Source: Oikopleura dioica
Taxonomy: Eukaryota; Animalia; Chordata
Assembly (NCBI GenBank): GCA_907165135.1
Contig: OU015568.1
Coordinates: 5,952,001 to 6,016,000, forward strand
Direction: 5' to 3'
DNA length: 64,000 nt
Position numbers and translations under genes: made by a program
Notes under the pieces: model-generated
The model's input: only the letters and a program-made list of their open reading frames with translations
Databases searched by the model: none
Told to the model about the DNA's origin: nothing
Shown: positions 24,709 through 37,451 of the stretch, one piece after another
Layout: each line of letters opens with the position of its first letter
Numbering within the stretch: the first letter of the stretch is position 1

Positions 24709-27700
24709 AAAATATGCTCTTTTGAAGCAACAGTAAGATAAGTTTTTTGATTCCTTTGTCTTTTCCGAGATCGATCGACCACGAAATTCGTTAGATCTTT
24801 TTCTTCTCTTCTTTCAAAATTACGGAAAAAAAGTAAGCGCTATCGATTAGCGCCGATTTAACGGGCGGAGGAAGTGAGCTTATCTAACCGCGTAATGCAG
24901 CGCGCGCTAAATTCGGCACCGCGGTTGCACCAAAAAATTTTCGGCCGCCGAGGCTGAATTTATTCAAAACGAATTTCCCGTGGCAGAGGGACACGAAAAT
25001 GTCAACGCGTTGACTTGGACCGTGCTCGCGTTCGCAGGGGAAATCGGTTAAAATATTCATTTTCTTTTCTTGTCATCACGCTGTCTTATCGTTTATCTAC
25101 TGTATTTATATACAGTCTTTATGGTAAATATGAGCTAAGGCTCTGAAATATATTTTCATTCGCTGAATAACAGATAAATGACAATTGTTGCGAAGGGCTT
25201 TTCATTAAAATATTTAAGGGCTTTGACTCAGCTTTGCAACGTACAATGTAGGCCACAATGTTGCAAGTTGCAAAATCGAAACTGAAAAACTGATAAGCTT
25301 TGATAATGAGCAGCGAGACCGTTTTTTCTCCTTGATTAAGCTCGGCTCAAGGCTTATCATCTTCCTTTGTTGCAAGCTTTTTTCTCTCTCCCAGGAGTTT
25401 TTTCCAAAACTAAATTGAATGTATAAGCAACAATAGCTCCTCTTCTGCCTGGCGGGTCCGCTTTTGATTAGCTATTTAGGCCATTTTGGGAAGCAAGTTA
25501 CGATTCTAGCGCTCTCTGCTTTTATCCTTTGGGAGTGGTCAGCTACTGATAAGGTGAAGGAGCGCCTAAGCCCCGCCTTATCGCGCCGGACACACATTCA
25601 TTCACTTAGTCCTTTTCGGGGTCAAATAATTACCTCCGCGCCGGCGTTCCCAGTCCGGCGTTCTTGACCTCTGCATTCGCCATCTGCGCACTCATCCATT
25701 TTTCGAGCCCTGGAATCAGGCTCTTCGAATATTAGTTTATCAAACTTTTTTGATTGAGGATAATGAAGCGCGATTTTCAGCGCTTTTATGTTTTGAATTT
25801 TCGCGAGTCTCTCAGAGTCAAGAACATACCAGAGCTATTGACAAACGAAACGAGAAGCACTTGCTTCTGGAAGAGTGCTTTTCAATGAAGCAGCTCAGCC
25901 GAAAACTTCAACGACACTTAATCTACCGGCCTCAGAATCGCGAAAATGTTGAATAGTGATAATAAGGGGGTCTCCTTTAGATGTCCATATTATAAAGGAC
26001 AAAATTCGTTAAGAGGTAGAGTCTACCTGGTAGACCCTTGCATATAAGAATACATTTTTGAGCCAAAAAGCGCATTACAAAGGACGTATTTGATCTGGGA
26101 GTATTCCGATGGAAGTGAAAGTGACAAACTCTGACGCGGCCCCGTCGACCTGCCTCTTTTATATTTTGATAGTTAGCAAAGTGGCGGATCCTTATAAAAG
26201 TGCTCATTTGAGGTACACAGCCAGTAAACTGGGCTAAGGGGCCATCTAGCACACGCAGTGAACACAATGGAGCTGCCGAGCAGTAAATATTTCATCGCAG
26301 ATCAACACATCTGCTTTCTAAAAAAAAACTCAAACATGCTTTTCCTTCAATTTTAAACACACCCTACATACACACATCTCCTCTTTAGCCAAATGAGCAG
26401 GAAAAAAGTAATGAAAAATTGATTTCTTTTCAAAAAACTTTTTCTGTAAAATTGACAAATTTATTTAAAAAATCAACTCGGATGTTTTTGAAGCCCAATT
26501 CGACCGCGGCTTATCCCTCATAACTCGATTTCACAAAGAAGGGCTTAGCTAAATTCGGGATCATAGACATCTGTTCAACCCCACTTTTCTTTCTTTGTCG
26601 GACCAAAAACCGCTTGAGCTCAAAGTTTTTCAACGCCATGGGAAGATTTGATTTTGAAGCTCTCTGTCTTCCTTTATTGAGCCTTTTTGCGAGAGGAATC
26701 CTTTTCAAATCCGCCGCCGAATGGGTTAATTTGGATAAAATATCCTCAACAAAGCGAGATTTTAAAACATAAACAACTCAAAATTCAATCAAAATTCAAT
26801 GCTATGACATCGTTTTTTTTTCTCTTTGAATTTGAGAAACGATGATTGATTTTTTCATTTCTCGTAAAAATGAAGTTTCGAGACTCTCTGGCCTCTTCAG
26901 CGGCATTTTACGACTTTTGGGCTTAGTAGTACTTTTTGGTACGATAAAAAATAGCATTCTTCATAACGATCGAGAGATATTTTGGCGCGAAGAATTCAGA
27001 AAAATCTTTTTCCAGGGAGAGATTTACAGGTAGTAGCTTTCTTCTTTTTGTTTGTTTTCGGGGGCGAACACTTGAATACTATCAGAATCGCTTCAAGTGA
27101 ACTTGAAAAAGGAGAGAATCCATGAAATTGGCCTCGGAGATCCATCATTTTTTGTCGAAGACTAGGTAGATTTTCACGGCTTTATCGAACTGGAACTCGG
27201 TAATTTGCTTATTTCTTATGCAGGTCATCCCAATCCAGCTCTAATTAGATTCATTAATTAGTAGTTGCCCATGGGCTTTTTAAACCTGCTCGCCAAGTTT
27301 AAATGCCAACTTCTCCAATCCCCAATTTTAATTCAATATTTTTGGCCCAAAAAGACTTGGTCGATTCAAACCGGTGAAATCAGTTCTTGGCCAAAAACTT
27401 TTCAATACAAAAAATAGCCAAAATAAAGCATAAGCAAATACAGCCGAATATTCGTAAGAGGCACGAAGGAAATCCTTTTGTTAGCGTGTAACTCCATCGG
27501 ATATTCGCTATTAAATTAAGTCTATTTGCTCTTTGCTCGCTTCCGTGATACAGATCTGATTCGATAAAAGAATCTCTTCTCAGTTCTTATTTATATTTAC
27601 TTGTTTTCCGAAGCACGGATCTGGCTTTGGCATTATTCAGTAATAAATTTACACTGGCGCCGTCCCAAAAATCCTTCTCCCCGAAAAGGTCGCACCTAGC

Positions 27701-27845
27701 CCCACTCAGTGCTCATCTCTCAGATGGCATTTAGGATTAAAGTATCGCCCTGTCGAGTACTCTCAATTTTTCCCATCGTGTTTTTTATATTTCGATTCAA
27801 GGGTGAGCGGAAATTAAAATGACACTTTTGCCCTTTCCGTTTAAA

Positions 27846-28099
27846 AAAGGCTCGGCAACCTGTGTAGAAAACCTGACTCAGGGTCTCAAAGATCTAAAAT
27901 GAAAAGGCGCGAAGCGGCTTATTCGAATAAGAAAGCCGCAATGCGGCTTCGCAAGAAAACCTATTAGAAACAAAAGGTGGAAATGGTAACTTCGCGAAGC
28001 TGCTTTGCGGCTTCGTTATTAAAAAAGCCGCAACGCGGCTTTTCATTTGACATCCTTCGGACCTTGAGTCAGGTTTTTTTCACAGGTAACTGAACTCAG
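27846..28099. mobile_element. hAT-like MITE with internal hairpins
   Basis: ggctcggcaacctgtgtagaaaacctgactcagg left arm, matching right arm and several AAGCCGC/GCGGCTT modules. Confidence 0.8.
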
Positions 28100-28473
28100 A
28101 GGGCTACTCTTTATAGGATCTGTCGCGAAATTCGTCCATTAAAATGGTAGTGACCCCCTTATTTATTCACATATCCAAATTATTGATGGAGAAAGCCTTA
28201 ATTTTACGAGACAGATTTTCTGTCCGAATCAGAATTCATCAATGCGAGATCTTCTACGAATCAATTTCTAAACAGTTTCGTTCTCATTACTTTCCTTTTT
28301 TTCGATAAATAATGCAGACGAGTGGTGGACGACGCGTTTTTTAATAATTATTCAAATGAATAACTTTGCTAAGTGCATCCCACGTAAAAAATCGAGTAGT
28401 TTTTCAACTTTTATCGAGACTCAGATCTTTTTAATAATTTATCAATTTCTGATTGTTAATTCTGTTTTAGGCG

Positions 28474-31400
28474 ATGTCGAGATACAAGCCTTCTCTTGCT
28501 CTTACAGTACTGGTCCTACTGTTTCTACCGCTGGCAAATGCAGAAATTTGGCACAGCGAACACACAATGAAAGAAACAGGGCCTGGATCCTTTCTCGTCA
28601 ACTTGGACCAGCAATTCGGCACCTCAGGACTCGAATGGAAACTCATCACGAACGCCAAAGGATTTGAACTGAAGGGCTCCGATCTTTACACCAAATCCGA
28701 AATCGACCGAGAAAAAATCTGCCCAACGAAGAAAAATGAAGACTGTATTATTAATTTGAAGCTCTATTCCTTCAAAAATCAAGGAATTTACGAACTCAGG
28801 TAGGCTTTTTCAAATTTTTTTGTAAAATTTTTCAATTATTTGATAAATAATAAACGTTAAAATTGAAATTACCGCCGCTTGTTTGTGGTTAATCAAAGAC
28901 TGCGTGATTTAGGGGGCTGATGAGCACGCGTACTCAAAATAAGACCCTGCACCTCTGCGCTTATTTATAAGCAAATTAAGTTTTAATGGAGATTTCGGCG
29001 ATTTCCGCAAAAAAATCATAAGGGAATCCCTATTTAAACGGATTTCCCATCCTCTTTAATTCTTATGAGATAATTTTTCGAAATTCTGTTCAGAAAGGGA
29101 CACCCTTGAGAAAAATTTGATTCAATGATTTTTCATCATCAAAAAATCGTTTAGTTTGACGATCGAAGATGTCAACGACCACAAGCCAGTTTTCGAAGAC
29201 GAACCGATCGAGATTTTCTTTTCCGAAGACGCCCAAGTTGGCCAGCGAAAAATGCTCTTCAGCGCGACTGATGAAGACTCCGACGAATTCGGAATCGACC
29301 GCTACTCGCTGAAAGACGACTCGGAAACGTTCAACCTGGTCGAGTACAAAAACCCAGACGACACGAAAGTTCCACAGCTGATTTTAAAAAGAACTCTCGA
29401 CCGCGAAGAAAAGGACAATTACGAACTCGCCTTGACGGCGTTCGACAAAGGCGAGCGCGCGAGCACGGTCAAGGTGCTCGTCAACGTTGTTGACGTTAAT
29501 GACAATCGGCCGACTTGGCAAGGCTGCGAGGGAGGCTCCGTTTCGATCTCAATCAAAGAGGGGCTCGCGATTGGCGAGCGACTGCCGATCTCTATTGTTG
29601 CCACCGACGCGGATGATGGGCTAAATGGACAGATTACTTACAGGTAGAAAGAAAAAACGCGGCAAAAGTGACAGTAGGCTGATTGATACTTTCTCAAAGC
29701 TTTTAAAAGATTTCCGGATGATGAAAAGTAGATATTTCGAGACAAATTGTTAAAAGTATTCAAAAATTTATTATTTCAATTTTAGATATTCCTCGACAAC
29801 AAACACCGAAGCCCGAAAAGTCTTCAATTTGAACCCTCAAACAGCCGAAATCACAATTCTCGAATCACCCGACTTCGAAAACGTCCAATCCCACCACCTC
29901 TACCTCGAAGCAGTTGACAACGGTCAAGAACCCAAAGTCGCCTACTGCATCCTCAACGTCAACGTCCTCGACGAAAACGACGAAGAGCCGGAAGTCCAAG
30001 TCACACCGCTGAATGCCGAGGCAGGCAGCAACTCGAGCGTGATTTTTCTGAAAGAAGACTTCGAAGTTGGAGGGTAAGAGTGACTCAATTCAGGGACCAC
30101 TTGCTGCGATTTGTGATAAGAGGATCATTTAATCCAGCGTTTTTCACGGCTCAGGAGGCGATATTCTTAATTTTCGCGATAAGTGAATTAGTTGTTGACG
30201 CTCTAGAATCTGTTGCCAAAACAGGCACTGATATGCTGCACCACCACCACCACCACGGCACTTGAATTTTTTCCACTATTTGGCATTTTTTTTATCAATT
30301 TTGATATTCGGATTGTTTTATTTTCAAAGCTCTATTAAAAATCTTATTGGTATTTTTTGAAATTCCTGAATTTTAATTGGCCAATCAAATTTTCCTTTTG
30401 AGAAAAATTAAAGGTAATTTCAGGCTCTTCGCAATTGTCCTTGTCACCGATAAAGACAACCGCGGCGAAGAAGTCACCGCCTCCATCGACAACAGCGCTT
30501 TTGAACTGGTCAAGTTTGAAGTCGGCAGCTTTCAACTGCTCCTCGCCGAGGCGCTCGACTACGAGCAGACTACAGTTATTCAGGCGACGATCTCAGCCAC
30601 CGACGGAGAGCAAAGCCCCCTTACAAAGGTTTATCCTCTCGAGATTGTCGTCCAGGATGTGAACGACAATGGCCCCAAGTTTCAGCTTCAAGGAAATGGT
30701 CATTTTTTCTTCCTTTCTTTTCATTAAAAAAATAAGCCGCTTTGTAAAATTCTTTCAAAGTTTCAAAAATTGACCGCAAAAAACAGAATACCAAGTCAAA
30801 CTCTCCGAATCGGAAGAAATCGGCTACGTCTTGCTCAACCGCTTTAGCGCCACGGACGAAGACGCCGGCGAAAACGGTTGCATCGACTACGAATTAACTG
30901 GAAAAGACTCGTATCTCTTCGGCACTGAAGTGGAAGGCGATTGCGGGCCAGTCTCGATCGTCCTCAGGCAAAAAATCGATTACGATGAACAACAGCTCGA
31001 CTCGGAAAGCGCTGAATTGGGAAAGATGGAACTTCAACTCGTGGCAAAAGACCGCGGTTTTCCGCAAAAAACAAGCGCTACGAGCATTTTTGTCGAGCTT
31101 ATCGACGAGAACGACAACCAGCCGACCTTTTCCAAGTCGAAATACAGCTTCGAATTCCCCGAAACTGCTGAAAAAGGCGACATAATTGGAATCATCACCG
31201 CTGAAGACAACGATCTCAGCCCTGCTTTTTCCGACATCAAATTCGACTTCAAACCTGAAAAAAGTCAGCTGTCGACTCCGCCGAATCCCTTCGAGTTGGA
31301 AATGATGGCCGATAAAAAGTCCGCCCAAATTGTTCTCAAAAGACAACTCGATTTTGAAGATGAAGGAGAGAAAAACAACAAAAAATGGGAATTTGTCATT

Positions 31401-33049
31401 ACCGCCGAAAACCCGGAAATGCAGGGGATGACAGTCAGCGAGGCACATGTCAAAATCCAGCTTCTCGACGTCAACGAGTTCGCTCCTTCGATCGAGTTCA
31501 AGAAATTCAAGACGCTGCGGACTAACAAGGGCAAATCCTACGCGGTGGTCGAGGAACAGGCGAATGTTACTGTATCGAGATTGGAAGTTAGCGATGAAGA
31601 CGCTTCAACGACCGCAGAGGATGTTTCCATTCAACTTTTTCCGACTTCGAATCAATTTTTCAAGCTCCAGGAAACCTCAAAAACCGGAAAATACCTCCTC
31701 GACTACCAGGGCAATCACGCTGACGGGCTTTTTCTAGTCGAAATCGCCGCCAACGACAATTTTTCTCCTTCCCCAAAAAACAGCACCATCCGCTTTCCAG
31801 TGTTCATCAACACTCGAGCGAGCAAAAATGCCACGGAAATTGCCGCAATCGTCGATGAAACCCAACTTGAAGATCTTGACAATGACGATTTCGCCGATAT
31901 TTTGAGCGCGAACATTGTCTTTATCGGCGGCGGAGCAGCGGTTTTCCTCATTTTGCTGATTGTTTTGGTTTGCTGTTGTTGCAGGTAAGAGCAGTGGCAC
32001 TTCTTCAAGCCAAATAAGAATATGGAAGAGGATCATTTATTTAAAATGCCGATTTTTAGAGCGCGCTGCTGGAGCAAGAAAAAACAAGGGCACCAAGAAG
32101 CCTACAATGTTTCGATGAAAAAAGGGGGGCATGATTATTTGGCGAGCTCGAAGCATGGCGCTACTCTCGACTCAAGAAACGACTTTGAGGGCAACTGGAC
32201 GAAACCATACGATCCTAGAGCCATGCAGGTAGCTTTTCATCCCTTTGACTCTCTTTTACTTATTTCTAGTCGCCTGGGCAATCTTCCTATCATTCTGGAA
32301 ACGACTCTGGCAAGGGCGAATCTATTCCGACTCAAAACTACCCGGGAAACTCCTACAACTTCCCAGGTAAAAAAAATTCTAAAAAAGCCAGCAAAATTGG
32401 CGAATTCGCAAGTGACTTGTTCAAGTGGCTAGCTGACGGGTCGGCACTTGGTCCAGCTGTCACTCGCGCTGCACTTGCTCGCTAAAACCCGTCAAAGTTA
32501 CTTCCGGGGTGATTTAATTATTGTTATCTTTAGCGCCGCCACCAGCAGTTGGTTACAATACTCAGCCGCAAGAAATTGGGGATGAAGAGTGGATGGGCTC
32601 GCTTCTTCGGCAAAATAATAATCAAATCCAAGGTAAAATTCGATGAAACTTTCTTTCCATATTTTTCGTTTCCAGAAGGAGCCGCAACAGATACCTTCAT
32701 CGCCGCGCCAATGAGCAAGTCGAGCTCTTCAAAGCTGATCTACTCTCCTCCTTCTTCCCAAAGCTATCAAAGTCTCAGCCGCCGCGGCAATAACAACCCT
32801 CACCGACCTCATTTCTCCACTTTTCTGGACGAAGAAGAAGTCCGCTCTGAAACCAGTTCGATCAGCGTCGCCTTGCTCAACGGGCACATGTCTCCTCATT
32901 ACGACTCCGACATTGCCAGCAACGCCGGAACTCTCAACAGAAATCAGAACAATCGAATTCAGTAAGTGTCGAAAAAAAGGCTAAGCATCGATCATCGCCT
33001 GTTTAGATACACTTACCCCTCGCCACAAGAGAGGGATGAAGCCAACTAA
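28474..33049 (+). CDS. Delta-type protocadherin (7 cadherin repeats, TM, cytoplasmic DSGKG motif)
   Basis: Signal peptide; EC1 IDREKIC; repeat-ending motifs DVNDHKP, DVNDNRP, DENDEEP, DVNDNGP, DENDNQP and DVNEFAP, plus a seventh repeat; TM IVFIGGGAAVFLILLIVLVCCCC; cytoplasmic SGNDSGKGES. The last exon is uncertain (stop at 32965 or 33049). Confidence 0.9.
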
Positions 33050-33332
33050 ACTGCCTCCAAAGAAAAAAAACTACCGACGAACCAAGAATTAAAAATATAT
33101 CTACCTGTTCCATTTCGCGTGCATTCTTCAACTGTAAAAAAAGAAACTGACCTCTCGAAATCGCAAAGCGGAAAAAAAGAAATACAAACTTGCCAAAAAT
33201 TTAAAAAATAATCGAAAAGTCTTACCGCTAAAGTTCAATTTTTTCTGTTTATTCAAAAAAAAATCCAAATAAATCAAAATTGAAATCAACGAAGAGTTTT
33301 TCTTTCAAGTAAAAATAGAGTTTCATTATTCT

Positions 33333-34617
33333 TTATTCAAGGGAAAACATAACTTTCATGCAATTTCCAGAGCGCGCCAATTCGAAGGCACTTTCGAATT
33401 CTTCAAGTTTGAATCGATGCGAGATCAGCGCTTTCAACAAGTCAAAAAGCAGAAATCGCTACTGTTTTTGCTAAAGTCTATTTTGACATTTTCCTTCAAT
33501 CTGTTTTTTGTATTTCTGGGCTATGGTGACTCCAGCTGGCCAAGTGTTGCAGTAGCGAAAGACGCCGCGAATGTCGATTTCCTGAACCGAAGCAAGCATG
33601 ATTGGCAACTCGTACATCTTGTCGCGCGGAGCCAAGCCAACGAGAACGACTGTTGATCCTGGCTTCGCCGCGAAGATGCTTTTTTCGGGATTTATTTTTT
33701 TCCGCTCGATGTTAAATTGAATGCTCTTTAGAATCCGAAGCTAAGCTGCATGCATTCTGTTCGACCAGTGCATTCCATCACAGCGTCGAATTTTTGCCCA
33801 AGCTCGGTCAAAATGTCGTCACGTGATTTTGACATGACATTAACAGTTTCAAAACCAAGGGATCGAGCGAGCTCTAGGCGACTTTCGATGACATCTGTTA
33901 AGACGATTCTTCCGGCTCCTCTTGCGCTCGCTGCGATCGCGCTTTTATTATCAAATAATTAATTAATTAATTTATTCATTACCTCACAAGTCCAATCGGC
34001 CCAGCTCCAGTAATAAGCACATCCTGGCCAGGTTCAACTCTTGCTCGCTTAGCAGCGTGAATTCCAACAGAAAGCGGCTCAATCATCGCGCCCAGCTCGT
34101 AGCTCATCTCTTCCGGCATCTTGTAGCAGCAGCTCGCCTTGTGCACGAAGTACTGGCAGAGACAACCGTCGTCCGGCGGCGTGGCGCAGAAAAACACCTT
34201 GCTCAAATTGTAGCGCCCGTTTTTCGTCAATTCATCGTCGCCAGTCGCGTAGCCGGGTTCGAAAGCGACGCGATCGCCTTTGACAACGTTGCTGACTTTG
34301 GATCCGACTTGGATGATTTCGCCAGCGCCTTCGTGGCCGAGAACCATTTTGTTGTCAACTGCGAATCGGGCTCCTCGGCCTTGAGTCCAGTAATGAACAT
34401 CTGATCCGCAGATGCCAACTGCCTGAAACAGAGTTGAAAAATCAATCATTCTCAAGGGCCTTACCTTTACTTTGATCAAAACCTCATCCTCCTCCAGAGA
34501 CCGCGTCGCTCCAAGATCGCCAATTTTCAGCTCTGTTATCCAATCGCCCGGAACTCCCTTGTCAGTCCAGGGATCCTTGCCCTCTCTGTTTTCGACGAAG
34601 ATGCCTCGATTCTGCAT
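33333..34617 (-). CDS. SORD: Sorbitol dehydrogenase (MDR family)
   Basis: VGICGSDVHYW, VLGHEGAG, GDRVAFEPG, GRYNL..FFCATPPDDG, IEPLSVGIHA, GAGPIGL, ECTG, DIRGVFRYCNTWP and LISHRFKLEE. One GA-AG intron. Confidence 0.93.
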
Positions 34618-34824
34618 GTTACAAAATTTCAAGAAAAAGATGGCAAAATGGCCATTTTATTCAAATTCAAGTGCTTGGCAAATAAAGAGATTGATGATCG
34701 TAAATTGTCGTTAATTTTAAGGAGCCCACTTCTTTCGACAAGAGCTCTGCAAGCTAAAATTTGATTTTCAATTTTGCAATACATTTATTTGATTTATTCA
34801 AAATCAGTGTCAAAAAGCAGCAGT

Positions 34825-35466
34825 TAAAGATTTTTCAGAAGTCCTTCGAGTCCGCCCAAGTCAAATCCTTTCGATCCTCCTTTTTTGCTTCCAAGACCTC
34901 CCAAGTCTCCGAACGCGTCCGCCATCTGGCCGATGATATCGGCATTTTTAGTCGATCTCTTTAAGAGAGTGTTAATAACACATTTTCAGCGATGTTTCTT
35001 TCCGAGCTCAAACCTTTCCGCGGGAAGAAGAGCCTCTTTTGGAGGAAGAACCAAACGACGCTTTCTTCTTTCCATTTCCGAGGCCGAATTCGTCACCCAA
35101 ACCCCCGAAAACATCCTTCATTTGGTTGACAATGTCAATTTGGTCGATGATTCCCTCGGCTAAACATTGAAATGACTTTTTTTAAACAATCTAAGACGAA
35201 AACGAACCTGAAAGATCGACAATATGGCCGATTCCCTTTTCCAAGCAGGCGACTCCGTCCTCGATCGAGTTCATTTTGCCGCATTCTCTGTTTAAATCGA
35301 AGTCAGCAACTCTGTCCATCATCTGAAAATTCAATAAGTGAAAGAATTGACAAGAAAATACTCACTTCTCCAATGTCGAAACTGTTGATAATATCGCTCA
35401 AATCACCGGGAAGGGAGTCGGCTCCGCTGAGGAGGCGAAGGCGGCGAAGAATCCGAAAAGTTTCAT
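34825..35466 (-). CDS. Secreted helical protein, family member A (frameshift just after the signal peptide: pseudogene or assembly indel)
   Basis: MKLFGFFAAFASSA, then a one-base shift near 35424 to ADSLPGDLSDIINSFDIGE|MMDRVADFDLNRECGKMNSIEDGVACLEKGIGHIVDLS|AEGIIDQ.. Homologous to the gene at 42046, with the same intron positions. Confidence 0.6.
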
Positions 35467-36027
35467 CGTTTTTTGATGCGCAGAATTTTCGAGTATGCGC
35501 GAGTTGAGTTGGTACTCCCCATTTTGTAATTTCATTTTGCAAATTCAGCAAATAGGGCGTTATCTCAGGATAATGAAACGAACCTAACACTTGAGTTCAA
35601 ATTAACAAATTCTTGCTTATTGATATTTTTCATAATTTCCCGTCATTTTTCATCTGAAGTTTCTCCTCTTTTTTCTATAAAAAATGAGTTTTTTTCTTGG
35701 GAAAAGCTTAAACGCGGTCTTTTTCGAATGATGTAGGATTTCTAGACATTCGACCTTCAATGATCTTGGCTGTTAGGTTCAGACCAAGGTGCTATAATCG
35801 CTCCGGAGACGCCTGTTTTCACCTACCTACAGCAGTCTCGCGCTATAAATCAAATAAAGCTTGTAGCTTGCTGCTTCATGGAAAATTTTGAACATGGAGT
35901 TCAGTATCTCGTTTTGAACCTCGACTGCCAAATTGAAAATGGACTCAGGTTCGACTTTGACCGCAGAAAAGAACCCGCTCAGCCAAAAAGCGCTGCCAAA
36001 AGAGACTTGTTTTCGTTTCGAAATCTC

Positions 36028-37413
36028 ATGAAATTTTTATGTTTTATTCTTTTTTGCTCTTTTTCTTTGTCGATGGAAATTCCGGCCGAATCGATCGAGA
36101 AAATCGTCGGCGATATGGACAAAATGTTCACTTCCAGCCTGAGCGGGTATAAAGAGATCAAGGAGGAGTTTGCGAAATCGCAAATTGTTTTGCCGGAAAT
36201 TTGCGCGAATATGAATTCGTTTAAAAATGTGGCGCAGTGTGGGCAGTCGTTTGTTGAAGATGTTTATGCTTCTGGAAGTAAGAAAATTTTTGATGGATTT
36301 TTTTCAAAATTTGTTTAGTAAAAACTTTGATCAACGTCTTCGGCGAAAGCTATTCCGTAGAAGAAAGCCTCAACAATCTGAACGCGAATTTCGACCAGCT
36401 AATTGAAGAACTGGGCGGTGAAAACTTGGTGGACGAAAAAACGAAAATGAAAATCGAGAAGGCGAAAATGGTGGTTTCCAGTTTGGTCGATTTTAACATT
36501 GAAGACAAAAACCTCTTCGCGGGAATTCCCAGCTCGCTGATTAAAATTGACGACATTATTTGGGAATCTGCTGAGGAATCTGTTCAAATTACCGATGCTC
36601 TACTTGAAGAAGTAAGTTTTTCCTGTCTTTTAGAATACTTCTTGCGAATAGACAATTGATAGAGCTTTTTAGTGGAGTGGGAGGTACTCATCTGCGGCGA
36701 GAAAATTGTTCGATATTTGTAGAGAGAATGATGAAGGTGCGTTTGTTAAATAGATTTTAGGGTTTCTTTTTGGAAAATAATCAATTAAAAAATGCCGAAA
36801 AGAAATTCCAAAATATCTTCTCGCAAAATGCGGCCGAAAGCTGATGAAAGACCTCAAAATCAATCAAAGTACGAAGTTAATAAAAGCTGAGATAATAAAA
36901 AATTCGTTCAGAAACAAGTTTGATAATTGATTTCCTCAAATTTTCGTTCGACGAATTTGATGATGACCGAAATGGAAAACTTGATTTTGAAAAGTTCGAA
37001 AAGATCTTTGCCAATTTCATCGCGACGGCCGGATCGACCATGATCAAGATTTTCGATAGAAATGAAGACGGAATAATCGACAAAGCGGAAACAAACAAGG
37101 TTAGGTTTTGAAAGAATCCTTCTTTGTATGTTTTATAGATTTTGAAAGAACTTGGCAAATTAAGCGTCTTTCAAGGCGATTATTTGAGCGGATCTTACAG
37201 TAATTTCTACCTGCACCCCACTGCTGATGTAAGAACTCCCTCTGAGAAACTTTTAAATAACCATTTTTTCAGCTGATATCAAGTTTTCTGGTGTCGACAA
37301 AACAGACAATTTCGAAGTCGGAGATGACGAATATGACGGCGAAGGTGATGACAAGACTAGCAAGCGATTACTATGACCTGCAAGTTTCTGACTGGGAAGC
37401 GAGAAATAAATGA
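36028..37413 (+). CDS. Secreted protein, family member B, with two C-terminal EF-hand loops
   Basis: Signal peptide MKFLCFILFCSFSLS; DMDKMFTSSLSGYKEI..ICANMNSFKNVAQC; EF loops DDDRNGKLDFEK and DRNEDGIIDKAE. Phase-consistent exons run to TGA 37411-37413. Confidence 0.75.
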
Positions 37414-37451
37414 ACCAACAAAAAGTCTTTTGCTTTATTTTTTATCGCAAA

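Noticed and set aside
25690-25710. ACTCATCCATTTTTCGAGCCC resembles the 5' half of the Oikopleura spliced-leader sequence as I recall it
   Set aside because: Similarity stops after about 21 nt. There is no SL 3' half, splice donor or Sm site, so it is not callable as an SL RNA gene.
26511-27033. Short ORFs in the protocadherin upstream region
   Set aside because: No motifs and no convincing exon chain; consistent with chance ORFs.
30236-30260. (CAC)n run giving a His6-like ORF end
   Set aside because: Short microsatellite inside a protocadherin intron.
35467-35590. 95-aa ORF 35303-35590 as the true 5' end of the gene at 34825-35466
   Set aside because: It lacks an ATG and a signal peptide. 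The paralogue at 42046 shows the real start is the MKLFG ATG at 35466.
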